A DNA stretch of 34,296 bases from Octopus sinensis (Eukaryota), in NCBI RefSeq assembly GCF_006345805.1, contig NW_021832070.1:1-34296 (forward strand), written 5' to 3'. A program made the position numbers and the translations under genes. The notes under the pieces were generated by a model that did no database searches, was not told where the DNA came from, and worked only from the letters and a program-made list of their open reading frames with translations. Shown piece after piece: positions 33,883-34,296 of this stretch; position 1 is the first letter of the stretch; each line of letters begins with the position of its first letter.

Positions 33883-34296
33883 GGTGTACAACAAACCTTC
33901 TGTTAATCCAGTTTCGCACTACAATCCGTTTAACTAGCAATCCTTCAGTCTCTTTTTCCATTCCGACTCACATATATGTTTAAAAGACAAAGTGTCTCCT
34001 AGTGATGGCTGCTCTAACTACTAGAAATAGCAACCTCATCTGCCTCAAATCACTCACTGCTATCATTGAACCCCACCCGCCAAAAAATAAACAGGGAAGT
34101 GAAATATTAGATAACGTAGTTGTAGATGTAGAATGTGTGAGATGACTAAGCACTAGATAGGCACGGCTGGAACGCGTTTGATCTTAGGCTTGCTCAGTCA
34201 GAACCGTCCTGGAGTTAAAAAAATAGCAACTACATAACTACAACTTCCGCAGCTACGGTCTCTCTCTTCCGCTCTCTCTCTCCCTCTCTCCCTCTC

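Overview
Very AT-rich, repeat-saturated eukaryotic DNA with no intact multi-codon gene that I can recognise. The (TA)n/(CA)n/(AAT)n/(TCTA)n microsatellite load and the tRNA-derived SINE families look like an octopod (cephalopod) genome; this is pattern recognition and was not confirmed by a search. Nearly all supplied ORFs are microsatellite artefacts. Supportable content: many SINE copies of several families; decayed LINE fragments of RTE, HERO-like and R4/Dong-like type; a non-autonomous Helitron; a 728-bp element with ~208-bp TIRs; small MITE-like hairpins; a 25-bp satellite; a 24-bp minisatellite; a ~909-bp tandem duplication with an Asp-rich open frame; a decayed C2H2 zinc-finger relic; and a candidate 20-nt microexon next to a candidate promoter/first exon near 23 kb. 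The most notable signal is a set of short non-coding elements embedded in (TA)n tracts that carry hammerhead-ribozyme (HHR) motifs. Two of them, unrelated in sequence (1213-1657 and 11492-11702), are foldback palindromes with one outward-reading HHR per arm, one on each strand. All folds, identities and copy numbers were read by eye. Family labels A-E are my own.
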